Positions 32,811-41,598 of a stretch of DNA of 64,000 nucleotides are shown here, in pieces. A program made the position numbers and the translations under genes. The notes under the pieces are model-generated. The model had not been told where the DNA came from, ran no database searches, and saw only the letters and a program-made list of their open reading frames with translations. The stretch lies in the IMG/VR virus record IMGVR_UViG_3300022744_000027, positions 12,806 through 76,805 of that record; one strand, given 5' to 3'. The stretch's first letter is position 1, and each line of letters begins with the position of its first letter. This DNA is from a virus. Its lineage: Duplodnaviria > Caudoviricetes.

Positions 32811-33565
32811 TGGCACAAGAGGTGCCCGAAAAAGACCCAATCGCCTTCGCAAACGACATCTGCGCGCCCGTTTTGGCGCTCAAGGACGGGCAGTCGGTTA
32901 ACATTCCCCACCCAGACCTAGTGACCAAGTCGGTGCTCAGGCGGTGGCTTCCGGCGATTAAATACCGCCGAATAACCATCGAGGCCGCGCCAAACGGGAG
33001 CACCGTGACCTTTCACGCGAAGAAAGTGGCGACTTCAAAACCGGTTGGCAGGCCGAAAAAAGACGACTCGATCAGGGCTCGGCTGCTTGAAATATCCGTT
33101 GGAGCCACCGCGATATGGCGGGACGTGAACCCCGTCAGCCTTTCCTCACAGGCCAGCACGCTGCGCAAAAACGGGGTCGCATCCTTCCGTATCACGTATT
33201 CAGACCAGTCGCCACCAAGCGCCAAAGTCGAGCGGATCGACGGCCTTGCCGTCACCGACGGTTATGGGCGCACCGTCCTGATTGACAAGCTGGCGGAGCG
33301 CAGCCTGTACCCATTCCGCACCATGCAGCCAGGCGACCGGTTCACCGCGCTGATGGCGCTCCACACCGGCATGGCCAACATGCGGGCGACTTGCTCCAAG
33401 TTCGGAAAGCTCTGCGGCTACGTTTTCACATGCGAAGCAAACAAGGACGGAAGCATCACGGTCGAGTGCCAATACCGCAAAGACGCTGACGTTACAGAGG
33501 CGGACATTTCAAAAGTCAACAACAGGAAAACCAAGCCACCACAACTGATAACACTGATTTGGTAG
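32786..33565 (+). CDS. Putative DNA-binding protein with three similar small alpha/beta modules and a GRPKK motif
   Basis: LALKDGQSV / LEISVGATA / YPFRTMQPGDRF repeats; flanked by GGTTCCC arrays. Confidence 0.65.
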   Translation: MQEPKQKPMAQEVPEKDPIAFANDICAPVLALKDGQSVNIPHPDLVTKSVLRRWLPAIKYRRITIEAAPNGSTVTFHAKKVATSKPVGRPKKDDSIRARLLEISVGATAIWRDVNPVSLSSQASTLRKNGVASFRITYSDQSPPSAKVERIDGLAVTDGYGRTVLIDKLAERSLYPFRTMQPGDRFTALMALHTGMANMRATCSKFGKLCGYVFTCEANKDGSITVECQYRKDADVTEADISKVNNRKTKPPQLITLIW

Positions 33566-33580
33566 GTGTGAAATCGGGCG

Positions 33581-33614
33581 CCAGTTCCCCGCCCGGTTCC
33601 CCCATCGGTTCCCT
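33581..33614. repeat. Second GGTTCCC triplet, direct repeat of 32520-32552
   Basis: AGTTCCC 33583, GGTTCCC 33595 and 33607 at 12-bp spacing. Confidence 0.75.
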
Positions 33615-33644
33615 TGCAAATAAAGTGAATAAAACCAACCTGCC

Positions 33645-33665
33645 GCAAAATTGTTGCAGTACAAT
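33645..33665 (+). promoter_or_regulatory. Early-type promoter/operator GCAAAATTGTTGC-ag-TACAAT
   Basis: Palindrome, -10, then GCATC 4 nt downstream. Confidence 0.7.
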
Positions 33666-33710
33666 TCAAGCATCACAACAGCAACGGACCCGGGCCAACC
33701 GGGCAAGACG

Positions 33711-34061
33711 ATGACCCGCACCGACACCCTCGCAGCCATCCGCGTAGCCGGATACCACAACGACCAGCGCGCCCGGGTGCGCCTGATGGTCGAGAACCGC
33801 GTCAGCCGAGAAGCCGCCGACAAGGCATGGGTCACCGGCCAGGTCCAGAAGCGCCAGGGCATGCCCTGCGGATTCTTCGCCTGCAAGGAAGCCTTCCACG
33901 CCAACGTGCGCAAGCAAGAGCGCCTGCTCAACGCCGGATGCCTGACCACATGGGACGCCGCCACCGGCCGCACCACATGGACCGTCGCCGGGCAGGTCGT
34001 CGGCCACTCGGTCGGCCAGGTCGGCGCCACCACCGCATACATCAACCAACCAGCAGAATGA
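33711..34061 (+). CDS. Early hypothetical protein
   Basis: First ORF after early promoter. Confidence 0.6.
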   Translation: MTRTDTLAAIRVAGYHNDQRARVRLMVENRVSREAADKAWVTGQVQKRQGMPCGFFACKEAFHANVRKQERLLNAGCLTTWDAATGRTTWTVAGQVVGHSVGQVGATTAYINQPAE

Positions 34062-34348
34062 ACATGACCACCACCACCACCACCACCACCCCCCTCGAAT
34101 GGTCCGCCCTCTGGGGCGCCATGGACGCAGCCCCCACAGAGTGGATCGAAACCACTCGCGACATGTACTGGCAGATGCTCGAGTGCCTGCCACCCCGAGC
34201 CCAGCGTCGCGGCGCGTTTTTGGTCGGCGAGGCCAAGACCCACAACGACCAAGGCCAAGCCGTCCACGCCTGCTTTGATGAGCGTGCCGACGGCCGCGTG
34301 TTTGCCCGCCACCTGACCGTGGCTGAGTTTTTCAAGGAGATTACATGA
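34058..34348 (+). CDS. Early hypothetical protein (DUF1419-like, tentative)
   Basis: YWQMLECLPP...FLVGE; ATGA overlap. Confidence 0.55.
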   Translation: MNMTTTTTTTTPLEWSALWGAMDAAPTEWIETTRDMYWQMLECLPPRAQRRGAFLVGEAKTHNDQGQAVHACFDERADGRVFARHLTVAEFFKEIT

Positions 34349-34569
34349 CCACCACCACCCTCACCCACCGCGTCCGCACCTCCTGCGACAAGTTCCAAAT
34401 CAAGCACATGGGCCGCTGGTTCAACGTCGTCGCCCGCTTCCCCGACACCAAGGAAGGCACCAAGGAATCCAACGACTACATGATTACCAACCCGAACACG
34501 GGCTTGCTGACCATCGCCGACGGCTGGATCAACATCGCCGACATGGCCGACGCGGGAGTGGCGGCATGA
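34345..34569 (+). CDS. Early hypothetical protein
   Basis: RBS AAGGAG, ATGA overlap. Confidence 0.6.
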   Translation: MTTTTLTHRVRTSCDKFQIKHMGRWFNVVARFPDTKEGTKESNDYMITNPNTGLLTIADGWINIADMADAGVAA

Positions 34570-34829
34570 TCCAACGACGCGGATTTCTTGGAGCAATGCT
34601 GGCGCTCGTGGCAGCTCCAAGTCTAGCTGGCCACCAACCAACGAGACTGGCTCGAGCCATTGCGCCTAGACGTTACTTGTCAGTTCTTGACTTTGGTGCC
34701 GACCCGACGGGACGCGATGATAGTAGTGCCGCGTTTCAGCGAGCCATAGACGCAGCTGGTTCCAGAGATGTTGTGCGTGTCCCGATTGGAACGTATCGCG
34801 TCCAGCCATCTATAGGCGGTGCAGCATGA
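34566..34829 (+). CDS. 87-aa protein: Tat-like signal plus N-cap of a pectate-lyase-3/tailspike-type beta-helix
   Basis: QRRGFLG signal; SVLDFGADPTGRDDSSAAFQRAIDAA...VRVPIGTYRV. Confidence 0.65.
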   Translation: MIQRRGFLGAMLALVAAPSLAGHQPTRLARAIAPRRYLSVLDFGADPTGRDDSSAAFQRAIDAAGSRDVVRVPIGTYRVQPSIGGAA

Positions 34830-35023
34830 CCACCGCCCGCCACCTCACCTGCTGCGTCTGCGGCAGCGCCGCCGGTCGCTGGCAACAGCACTGGAACCGC
34901 GACATAGGCTACGGCATATGCCAGCCATGTGCGACCGAGCAAACCGGCAAAGAGACGCCCGAACGCATGGAGTCGCTGTACGGAAAGCCGGGCGTGAACT
35001 ACGAGGCGCCAGTCGCACCATGA
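34826..35023 (+). CDS. Small Zn-finger protein
   Basis: CCVC and CQPC; ATGA overlap. Confidence 0.6.
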   Translation: MTTARHLTCCVCGSAAGRWQQHWNRDIGYGICQPCATEQTGKETPERMESLYGKPGVNYEAPVAP

Positions 35024-35241
35024 GCCGCCTCGCCCACGCCACAGCCGCCGCGCCAGGTCTTGAGGCTGAGCGCCGCGACCTCGACGCAACCGTCCAATGG
35101 GAGGTGCGTCGCGCAAAAGTCATCCAAGCCGACACGCACTGCAGCTGGGACGAGGCCCTGCGTCTTGCCCGCAAGGATGTCAGCATCACCCAGTTCTACA
35201 CCGACCGCACCAACGGCTGCCACGCAGCAAAAGCACCATGA
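35020..35241 (+). CDS. Early hypothetical protein
   Basis: ATGA overlap chain. Confidence 0.55.
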   Translation: MSRLAHATAAAPGLEAERRDLDATVQWEVRRAKVIQADTHCSWDEALRLARKDVSITQFYTDRTNGCHAAKAP

Positions 35242-35471
35242 CCACACAAAAAAGCTATTTCCAAGAATACGAAGCCATGATCAAACACAACAAACTCAAC
35301 CAGCCATGCAGCACTTTTGAACTATTCCTGAACATGGTCGGCGACTTTCTGGCAGCCCTTGGGCTTGTAGCCTCCGTTGCACTTTTCGGCCTGTATTACG
35401 GTGGGTTTTTCCACTGGGCGGCAAAGAGTTTGCCAGACAACGCGATTTTGCAATTCTTTTTTGGAGCGTGA
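35238..35471 (+). CDS. Small membrane protein
   Basis: One hydrophobic helix; ATGA overlap. Confidence 0.55.
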   Translation: MTTQKSYFQEYEAMIKHNKLNQPCSTFELFLNMVGDFLAALGLVASVALFGLYYGGFFHWAAKSLPDNAILQFFFGA

Positions 35472-35474
35472 GAC

Positions 35475-35978
35475 ATGACCATCAAAACAATCACAGACCG
35501 CGAGCAGCAGCCACAAAAACAACTAGCCCTCGCGCAACAACTTGCCCAGTTGAATGGCGAGATTGCCGCTGAACTGAAGGCCGAGCGCGACACCCTGCGC
35601 CAGCAACTAGCCGAAGCGCAGGCGCTGATTGAGGCCAGCCGGAAGCAGGAGCCTGTGGCGACGGTAGGCCATGAACTTCGCCCATGGGAGAAGGCCGTAC
35701 TCGCCCCGCCACACCCAGGAGATTTCGGAATCCCGAAGGAGCACTGGGAAGCCGCGCAGCATTACGCAAATTTCTGGCACCTGAACCGACTAGATGCTGT
35801 CCGCGTGAAGCAAGAAGCCGCGCAGCCAGTACAAGTGCCGCTGACGGCTGAGCGGATAGTTTCAGCCTGCTACTCATTCCGCCATGACTTTGGACTGTTG
35901 CCACAAGAAACACGCGATTCACTTACCCGAACCGCAACAGACTGGGCTCAAGCATTCGGCATCGGAGGAGGACAATGA
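35475..35978 (+). CDS. Mosaic early phage protein (coiled coil plus QEPVA motif)
   Basis: RBS GGAG; QEPVA and VPLT segments typical of phage early proteins. Confidence 0.6.
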   Translation: MTIKTITDREQQPQKQLALAQQLAQLNGEIAAELKAERDTLRQQLAEAQALIEASRKQEPVATVGHELRPWEKAVLAPPHPGDFGIPKEHWEAAQHYANFWHLNRLDAVRVKQEAAQPVQVPLTAERIVSACYSFRHDFGLLPQETRDSLTRTATDWAQAFGIGGGQ

Positions 35979-36172
35979 CCCGCCCCGACTCCCCCTGCAT
36001 CGCCATCTGCGACACGCTCTACCAACCTACCCACTGCTCAGGCTGCGGCCGCACAATCCAAGAGGTCGCCAACTGGGTCATCCTCAGCGAAGCCGAAAAG
36101 GACGCGGTGTGGCAGCGCATCGAGACAGAAGGCACCGCCAAGCGGTTCACCACATACCGGGAGCGAGTATGA
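35975..36172 (+). CDS. DUF1289-family Cys-rich protein
   Basis: SPCIAIC...CSGCGRT..EVANW. Confidence 0.8.
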   Translation: MTRPDSPCIAICDTLYQPTHCSGCGRTIQEVANWVILSEAEKDAVWQRIETEGTAKRFTTYRERV

Positions 36173-36408
36173 CCACAGCCGTCCCCTACGCCGCGTTTTT
36201 CCTCGGCTTCCCCGTCGTCATCACCGCACCAGGCCAGTACGTCACCCGGTCGGGCGAGGTGGTCGAGGTGGACGACGACAGCAGCTACCACTGGAAACGC
36301 GGCCGGTACCAGTGCGGCACAGTCGAGACATGGCACCGCAGCGGCCGCATTTTTTCAGGCACCGAGACGGCCAACGACATCGTGCGAGTGAGTAACCACA
36401 AAGATTAG
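36169..36408 (+). CDS. Early hypothetical protein
   Basis: PGQYVTRSGE motif; ATGA overlap. Confidence 0.55.
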   Translation: MTTAVPYAAFFLGFPVVITAPGQYVTRSGEVVEVDDDSSYHWKRGRYQCGTVETWHRSGRIFSGTETANDIVRVSNHKD

Positions 36409-36423
36409 TCATGAATACACGTC

Positions 36424-36444
36424 GCAACAATTTTGCGGCATAAT
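36424..36444 (+). promoter_or_regulatory. Early-type promoter/operator GCAACAATTTTGC-gg-CATAAT
   Basis: Palindrome, -10, then GCATC. Confidence 0.7.
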
Positions 36445-36474
36445 AAAAGCATCCCAACCACACCACGCGACACC

Positions 36475-36729
36475 ATGAACCTCCAAGCCCACATCATCAG
36501 CACGCTCGGCAAGCGACTGCACAGCATCAAGATTGTGACCCCATCGCTAGGCCTCGACCGCGTCACCATCTCCCTGGCTGAGCAAGAAGCCCGCGACTGG
36601 GCCCGAACCCACGGTCACAAAGTGGTCAGCGACATCGTCAGCCAGGGCGAATACCGCGCATGGGTCGAGCCCATCCCTGCCGGTCGCCTGCGCACCATGG
36701 CGCAACTCGGTCGCGGGGTGGCGGCATGA
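36475..36729 (+). CDS. Early hypothetical protein
   Basis: First ORF after promoter. Confidence 0.55.
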   Translation: MNLQAHIISTLGKRLHSIKIVTPSLGLDRVTISLAEQEARDWARTHGHKVVSDIVSQGEYRAWVEPIPAGRLRTMAQLGRGVAA

Positions 36730-36995
36730 ACCTCGGTACCCCAGCGCCAACCCGCGACGTGACGCGCATCGATAAAGCCCGCGTCACCACGCTCCACGAG
36801 TGCAACGCCTACGTCGGCCACGCGACCGGCGTCCTGCTGGCCGGTGGCGTCGAGTGCATCGTCATCACAGCCACGCGCGAAGACGCGCAGGCCTTCATGG
36901 ATGCCAACTTCACCACCCCGGGAGACGCCCGGTTTTCAGCCCCAGTCGCCATGGTCCAGCGCAAGGACGTGGCCATCAAGCCAATCGAAACTTGA
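36726..36995 (+). CDS. Early hypothetical protein
   Basis: ATGA overlap. Confidence 0.55.
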   Translation: MNLGTPAPTRDVTRIDKARVTTLHECNAYVGHATGVLLAGGVECIVITATREDAQAFMDANFTTPGDARFSAPVAMVQRKDVAIKPIET

Positions 36996-37072
36996 ACGCC
37001 GCGAAGTACCAGCCAACAAAACGTGGCCTGACTGCAAATTTATCAAGTAATTTTGAGGTATTTGTGGATGCA

Positions 37073-37093
37073 GCAAAATTATTGCAGTAGAAT
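37073..37093 (+). promoter_or_regulatory. Early-type promoter/operator GCAAAATTATTGC-ag-TAGAAT
   Basis: Palindrome, -10, then GCATC. Confidence 0.7.
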
Positions 37094-37118
37094 CAAAGCA
37101 TCTTAACAAGGAGCAACC

Positions 37119-37421
37119 ATGACCGACCGAACCACCCTCGCCCTCGCCGCCTGCGCGGGGCTCACCGATACCGAACTCGCCGAGCGCGGAGCCCAAGGCT
37201 TCAAGAAGATGCGCGACCGCAAGCGCCAGTACGCCAACGCCGCCCGCATGCTGGCGAAAGGCATGGAGCTGGCCGAGGCGAAGATCGCCGACCTTCAGAA
37301 GCAGCTGGACGCCGCGAAAAAGCAGATCGCCACGCTGGAGCAGCTCGACGCACCAGTGACCGACACCACGCAGGCCGCCGACATGCTGACAGCCATCGCG
37401 GGAAAGAATGGTGCGGCATGA
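37119..37421 (+). CDS. Coiled-coil hypothetical protein
   Basis: RBS AAGGAG. Confidence 0.7.
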   Translation: MTDRTTLALAACAGLTDTELAERGAQGFKKMRDRKRQYANAARMLAKGMELAEAKIADLQKQLDAAKKQIATLEQLDAPVTDTTQAADMLTAIAGKNGAA

Positions 37422-37657
37422 TCATCCTGCGCATTGACGAAAACTCAATCGACCTGAAAGACCTGAACGAAACGATTGTGGCCACCAACGCCATGATCGC
37501 GCGCCTACGCGGCCATCAAGCCGTGCAGGACACCCTGCTCGGCGAAGCCCTGAGCGTGCTGAAAACCATCGAGCCCGAGTGCAGCAGCGAGGCCGAGCTT
37601 TTGGATGACCTGAAAACCAGAATCGCCAACGCTTTGAGCAGCCACATCATCAATTAA
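37418..37657 (+). CDS. Hypothetical protein
   Basis: ATGA overlap. Confidence 0.55.
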   Translation: MIILRIDENSIDLKDLNETIVATNAMIARLRGHQAVQDTLLGEALSVLKTIEPECSSEAELLDDLKTRIANALSSHIIN

Positions 37658-37692
37658 CGCAACCCGCCCGGAGCCAACCGGGCACCAAAACC

Positions 37693-38001
37693 ATGAAACT
37701 CAAGCACCTCACCATCATCGCAGCCATTCTCGTCAGCGCCACGGCGCATGCGCAGAACCGAAACCTCCACGTCGAAACCCCAGAGGGGCGGCTCATTCTG
37801 CAGCCCAAGCCGTGCCAAAAAGGCGGCAAGGAGGCCACGTTTATCGAAAACCGCGACAACGGCGGCGGCGGCTACGGCTGCTGGTACCTTTGGAACGACC
37901 ACGTCTACGTCGTGTGGAACACCTTTGTGGGCGCGAACGGCAGCATGCTCCGAACCGACGCCATCATGACGTACCCAGCGCCACCAGAGCTGCGTCGTTG
38001 A
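37693..38001 (+). CDS. Small secreted/periplasmic protein
   Basis: Sec signal MKLKHL...AHA; GCW motif. Confidence 0.65.
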   Translation: MKLKHLTIIAAILVSATAHAQNRNLHVETPEGRLILQPKPCQKGGKEATFIENRDNGGGGYGCWYLWNDHVYVVWNTFVGANGSMLRTDAIMTYPAPPELRR

Positions 38002-38019
38002 TTGAAAGCCGGCCACGAC

Positions 38020-38766
38020 ATGAAACTCAACCTACAAGCCAGACTGGTCGCTGCGGTCGCCCAGTTCAAAGCCTCCACCGACATCCGCTACTACCTCAAC
38101 GGCGTCTACGTCGAACCACGCCCCCAAGGCGGTGCCGTGATCGTCGCCGCCAACGACCACGCCATGGGCGTATGGCTGGATGAAACCGGCGAGATCGAGC
38201 GCCCAACCATCCTGCGCATCGGCGCGAAGCTCCAAGCCGCGTGCCGGGGGTCTGACATCAAGCGCCTGACCATTATCGACAACCGGCTGGCCGTGCTCGG
38301 GCAGAAGGTGAAGGGCGGACTCAAGGACATGGAGCTGTACATCCAGCCCGAGCCAGGCGATTGGGAGATGCCCGGCAAATTCCCAGACTGGGCCAACGTC
38401 GTCCGCGTCATTGACGGCCCGCCCAGCCTGCACTCAGCACTCAACCCCGAGTACATCGCCATGATGGACAGCGCCATCAGCATCGGCATCGGCGACAAGT
38501 TTAAGAACATCACCGTGCGCCAAGAGGCGCCACACTCGGGCATAGTGTTCACGACATCAGCCACGCCGAACTTTTTCGGCGTCATTATGCCCTTGCGCGA
38601 CCACGACGCCCCGTTCCCCGCATGGGTCAAACCCATGCTGACCCGGCGCGAAATGGAGCGCCGCGCGAAGGCTGCGCCCCTGCCCGTCCACGAGCCCAGC
38701 GACGCCGGGCCGAAGGATAGTGACGAGGCTGGATGGATTCGCGTGCGTCGGCAGGAGCAAGCATGA
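38020..38766 (+). CDS. DNA polymerase III beta-clamp-like protein (shortened)
   Basis: DIRYYLNGVY, GKFPDW, LNPEY, VIMPLR motifs. Confidence 0.75.
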   Translation: MKLNLQARLVAAVAQFKASTDIRYYLNGVYVEPRPQGGAVIVAANDHAMGVWLDETGEIERPTILRIGAKLQAACRGSDIKRLTIIDNRLAVLGQKVKGGLKDMELYIQPEPGDWEMPGKFPDWANVVRVIDGPPSLHSALNPEYIAMMDSAISIGIGDKFKNITVRQEAPHSGIVFTTSATPNFFGVIMPLRDHDAPFPAWVKPMLTRREMERRAKAAPLPVHEPSDAGPKDSDEAGWIRVRRQEQA

Positions 38767-39080
38767 GCGATCTGGAATGCCCATACTGCGGAGCCGATCA
38801 AAAGGTCAACCACGACGACGGCGCGGGCTACGACGAAAACCGCCGACATGAGCAGGAATGCCGCGATTGCGGAAAAACCTACGTCTTCGACACAGCGATC
38901 AGCTTTACCTACACGCCAAAAAGGGCCGATTGCCTGAATGGTAGCGAGCACCAGCTCAAATTCCGCAAGTCATGGCCACACCAGTATTCCCGCATGGTTT
39001 GCCGAGATTGCGACTACGAGCGCCAAGCCACCGAAACCGAACTCTCCACTAACGCCGCACCAGCGGCCAGCACGACATGA
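38763..39080 (+). CDS. Zn-ribbon hypothetical protein
   Basis: CPYC, CRDC, CLNG.EH, CRDC. Confidence 0.65.
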   Translation: MSDLECPYCGADQKVNHDDGAGYDENRRHEQECRDCGKTYVFDTAISFTYTPKRADCLNGSEHQLKFRKSWPHQYSRMVCRDCDYERQATETELSTNAAPAASTT

Positions 39081-39409
39081 AACTCACCACCAAACCCACC
39101 ACGATGCTGCTCATCGAAGACTTGATGCGGCGACCCCACAACCTCGACCCGATCCGCGTCATCGCCGAGAACTTCGAGCTCGGCAGGGGTCGCATCATCA
39201 TCACCTGCTACGACGCCGCATGGGTCGGGTACTGGACGGCCATGGGCGGCAAGACAGTGGAGCATTTCTTTATCGACTGCGGCGCCGAATACCTTGCCGC
39301 CAACCTTGGCAGCGCGTCATCGCTTAGCCGGAGCAATAACAACCGCACCTACCTGATCCGCGTCATTCGCGCGGTGCAGGACGCGCTCATCGAATCCTCC
39401 AATTCCTAA
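39077..39409 (+). CDS. Conserved hypothetical phage protein
   Basis: LDPIRV...GRIIITCY..AW..YW..MG. Confidence 0.65.
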   Translation: MKLTTKPTTMLLIEDLMRRPHNLDPIRVIAENFELGRGRIIITCYDAAWVGYWTAMGGKTVEHFFIDCGAEYLAANLGSASSLSRSNNNRTYLIRVIRAVQDALIESSNS

Positions 39410-39421
39410 ACCATTACCACC

Positions 39422-39571
39422 ATGAACTTCGACAACGACGAACACGACCGCGCCGAGCTGGCTGCCGATGACCGAGCTGTGCGACGATACAACGCCAGGC
39501 TCGGTGCAAACCCCGACTGCCGCGACCCAGACCACCCAGGGTGCGAGCACTGCGAGCCCCTCGAAGACTAA
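39422..39571 (+). CDS. 49-aa Cys/His peptide
   Basis: PDCRDPDHPGCEHC; below ORF-track cutoff. Confidence 0.5.
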   Translation: MNFDNDEHDRAELAADDRAVRRYNARLGANPDCRDPDHPGCEHCEPLED

Positions 39572-39607
39572 CAAACCCGCTGAATTTATTGCGGAAAACC
39601 ACACACA

Positions 39608-39628
39608 ATAAAATTATTGCAGTAGAAT
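39608..39628 (+). promoter_or_regulatory. Early-type promoter/operator ATAAAATTATTGC-ag-TAGAAT
   Basis: Degenerate palindrome plus -10. Confidence 0.6.
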
Positions 39629-39665
39629 CGGGGCTGGGAATTGCCCCGATTTACATTAAAAAACC

Positions 39666-39821
39666 ATGAAAACCAAAATGCTTAAACGAGCCCGCCATCT
39701 CTTCTGCCACGCCTACGTGCCAACCAGCACCGCCCGCCACAACATGCGCCAGTGGGTGCGCAGTATTCGCCAGCTCGGCGACCGCTGGTTGCTTGCAAAA
39801 AACGTTCGCCGCTCCGCTTAA
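39666..39821 (+). CDS. 51-aa basic protein
   Basis: RHNMRQWVRSIRQLGDRWLLA; below ORF-track cutoff. Confidence 0.5.
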   Translation: MKTKMLKRARHLFCHAYVPTSTARHNMRQWVRSIRQLGDRWLLAKNVRRSA

Positions 39822-39838
39822 TTCACCACCAAACCATC

Positions 39839-40750
39839 ATGATTAAAAACGCTCACGTCTTCCGCGCCGACATTCCAAACGATCTGGTCGCGCTCCACAA
39901 CCACCTGTCCGAGCGCTCGTTTGCCGAGCCGCTCAGCAACCAGACCCAGAGCCACGGCTTCGTGCCGCCATTCGGCCAGGGCTGCACGCTCGTCGGCTCC
40001 TACCTGGGGGGCATGGCCTTCAGCCTGCGCGTGGACACAAAGGTCATGCCAGCCAGCGCGATCAACGCCGAAACAAAGAAGCGCGTCGCGCTTCGCCTGC
40101 AGCAAACCGGCCAGGAACGCCTAAGCAAAACCGAGAGCGCCGACATCAAGGACATGGTGCGCTCCGAGTTTTGCGCCAAAGCCATCGTCACCACGGCGGT
40201 GATCAACGCCTTCTACGACACCGAGTCCCGGTTCTTGGTGGTGGCTACCGCCAGCCAGCGCATGGCCGATCTGGTCACCAGCGCCTTGGTACACGCCGTC
40301 GGCAGCATGAAGACCGAGACGATCAACGTCAGTAGCGTCAAGATGGGCCTCACCACCCGCCTGACCGCGTGGCTGCCCTGTGACGACACCGAGGGCGACA
40401 TGGATGCCTTCGGCGAATTCAGCCCGACCGGCGAAGTCGCCATGTCCAACCCAGAGCGCCATAAGCTGACCGTCAAGGCAGACACGCTGGCCGCCGCCAC
40501 GGACGCACTGCTCGAAGCCATCAAGCGCCAGTACAGCGTCACGTCGATCCGGCTGGCTCACGGCTGCTGCGCCTTCCGCCTGACCTCAGACTTCCACCTG
40601 CGCGGCATCGACATCCCGCGCGAGGAAGACCCGGTGGGCAACGAATGGGAGCACGAAGCCGCGTGGGAGATGACCAACGTCGTTGCGGTCATGAACGACC
40701 TCTGCGCCATGTTTGCATACGAGGCACCCGAGGAAGGCGGTGAGGCATGA
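39839..40750 (+). CDS. rdgC: Recombination-associated protein RdgC (phage type)
   Basis: MIKNA..F, SHGFVPP, KVMPASAI, MTxWL-like LTAWL; ~303 aa. Confidence 0.85.
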   Translation: MIKNAHVFRADIPNDLVALHNHLSERSFAEPLSNQTQSHGFVPPFGQGCTLVGSYLGGMAFSLRVDTKVMPASAINAETKKRVALRLQQTGQERLSKTESADIKDMVRSEFCAKAIVTTAVINAFYDTESRFLVVATASQRMADLVTSALVHAVGSMKTETINVSSVKMGLTTRLTAWLPCDDTEGDMDAFGEFSPTGEVAMSNPERHKLTVKADTLAAATDALLEAIKRQYSVTSIRLAHGCCAFRLTSDFHLRGIDIPREEDPVGNEWEHEAAWEMTNVVAVMNDLCAMFAYEAPEEGGEA

Positions 40751-40980
40751 CCAGGACCGTCGCCGATCTGGTGCGCGACAAGGCGCTGAGACTCGTAGGC
40801 TTCGCGTTCAGCGTTGGCCTGAACGTCACCATCACACGCGAGCCCTGCCACCCGCTGGCAATGGGCAACGTCCGCAACGTGATTGACGTGTGGCCGCTGC
40901 GCCAGCTGGCCGAGCCAATCAACCGGACCCATGACGTCCAGCACCTGCCGCCCGACGACACGGAAGGCGGTGCAGCATGA
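40747..40980 (+). CDS. Hypothetical protein
   Basis: PLAMGN motif; ATGA overlap. Confidence 0.55.
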   Translation: MTRTVADLVRDKALRLVGFAFSVGLNVTITREPCHPLAMGNVRNVIDVWPLRQLAEPINRTHDVQHLPPDDTEGGAA

Positions 40981-41231
40981 TGACTTGCCCACCCTGCAAC
41001 CAAAACTGCAACCAGGGCCGCACTTGCCCGAGATTGCGAACAACCGCCCCAGCGGAGCTTGCCCACAAAGAGGCGGCATTTATGGCCGAATGCGCGCCTG
41101 GATTCACCCGCGAAACAAACGGGCTGCCATCCCCAATCCCGCGCCCAATCAGCGACCGCGAGTGGGCGGCCCTGCCAGCCAACCTGCGCGAAGGCTGCAC
41201 GGTGCACGTGCCGGGGGTGGGTGACCTATGA
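40977..41231 (+). CDS. Hypothetical protein with CNQNCNQGRTCP motif
   Basis: ATGA overlap. Confidence 0.55.
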   Translation: MMTCPPCNQNCNQGRTCPRLRTTAPAELAHKEAAFMAECAPGFTRETNGLPSPIPRPISDREWAALPANLREGCTVHVPGVGDL

Positions 41232-41527
41232 ACCCACCAACAAAACCAGGCCAACGCTGCCGTGTCATCGGCGGCCGCATGGCCTTCAACGGCGAGGGCA
41301 AGGGGCCCAACCAAGGGAAAGAGGTCATCACGGTGTTCATGCACGACGAGAAAGCGGGCGCGGAGCTGGAGAACGTCTGGCGCTGCCGGGCGGCCAGCGG
41401 GCACGTGCTCCAGACTTACTACGGGGCAGGCGATGAGGCCGACTTCTTGGAGTGCTGGCTGGAAGTTGTCGAGCCACCCAAACCAGAAGCCATATCCACC
41501 GCCGCAGAGAAGGACATCACCGCATAA
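41228..41527 (+). CDS. Hypothetical protein
   Basis: ATGA overlap; followed by terminator. Confidence 0.55.
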   Translation: MNPPTKPGQRCRVIGGRMAFNGEGKGPNQGKEVITVFMHDEKAGAELENVWRCRAASGHVLQTYYGAGDEADFLECWLEVVEPPKPEAISTAAEKDITA

Positions 41528-41550
41528 CGGGGTGACACCACACCGCAAAC

Positions 41551-41577
41551 AAAACAGCCGCCCGTAGGCGGCTTTTT
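41551..41577. terminator. Intrinsic terminator between convergent operons
   Basis: AGCCGCC-CGTA-GGCGGCT with flanking A and T tracts. Confidence 0.8.
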
Positions 41578-41598
41578 CAATGGGCGTGAGCCCAATGG

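Noticed and set aside
34064-34092. (ACC)n microsatellite as a phase-variation switch
   Set aside because: In-frame trinucleotide poly-Thr; length change would not shift the frame
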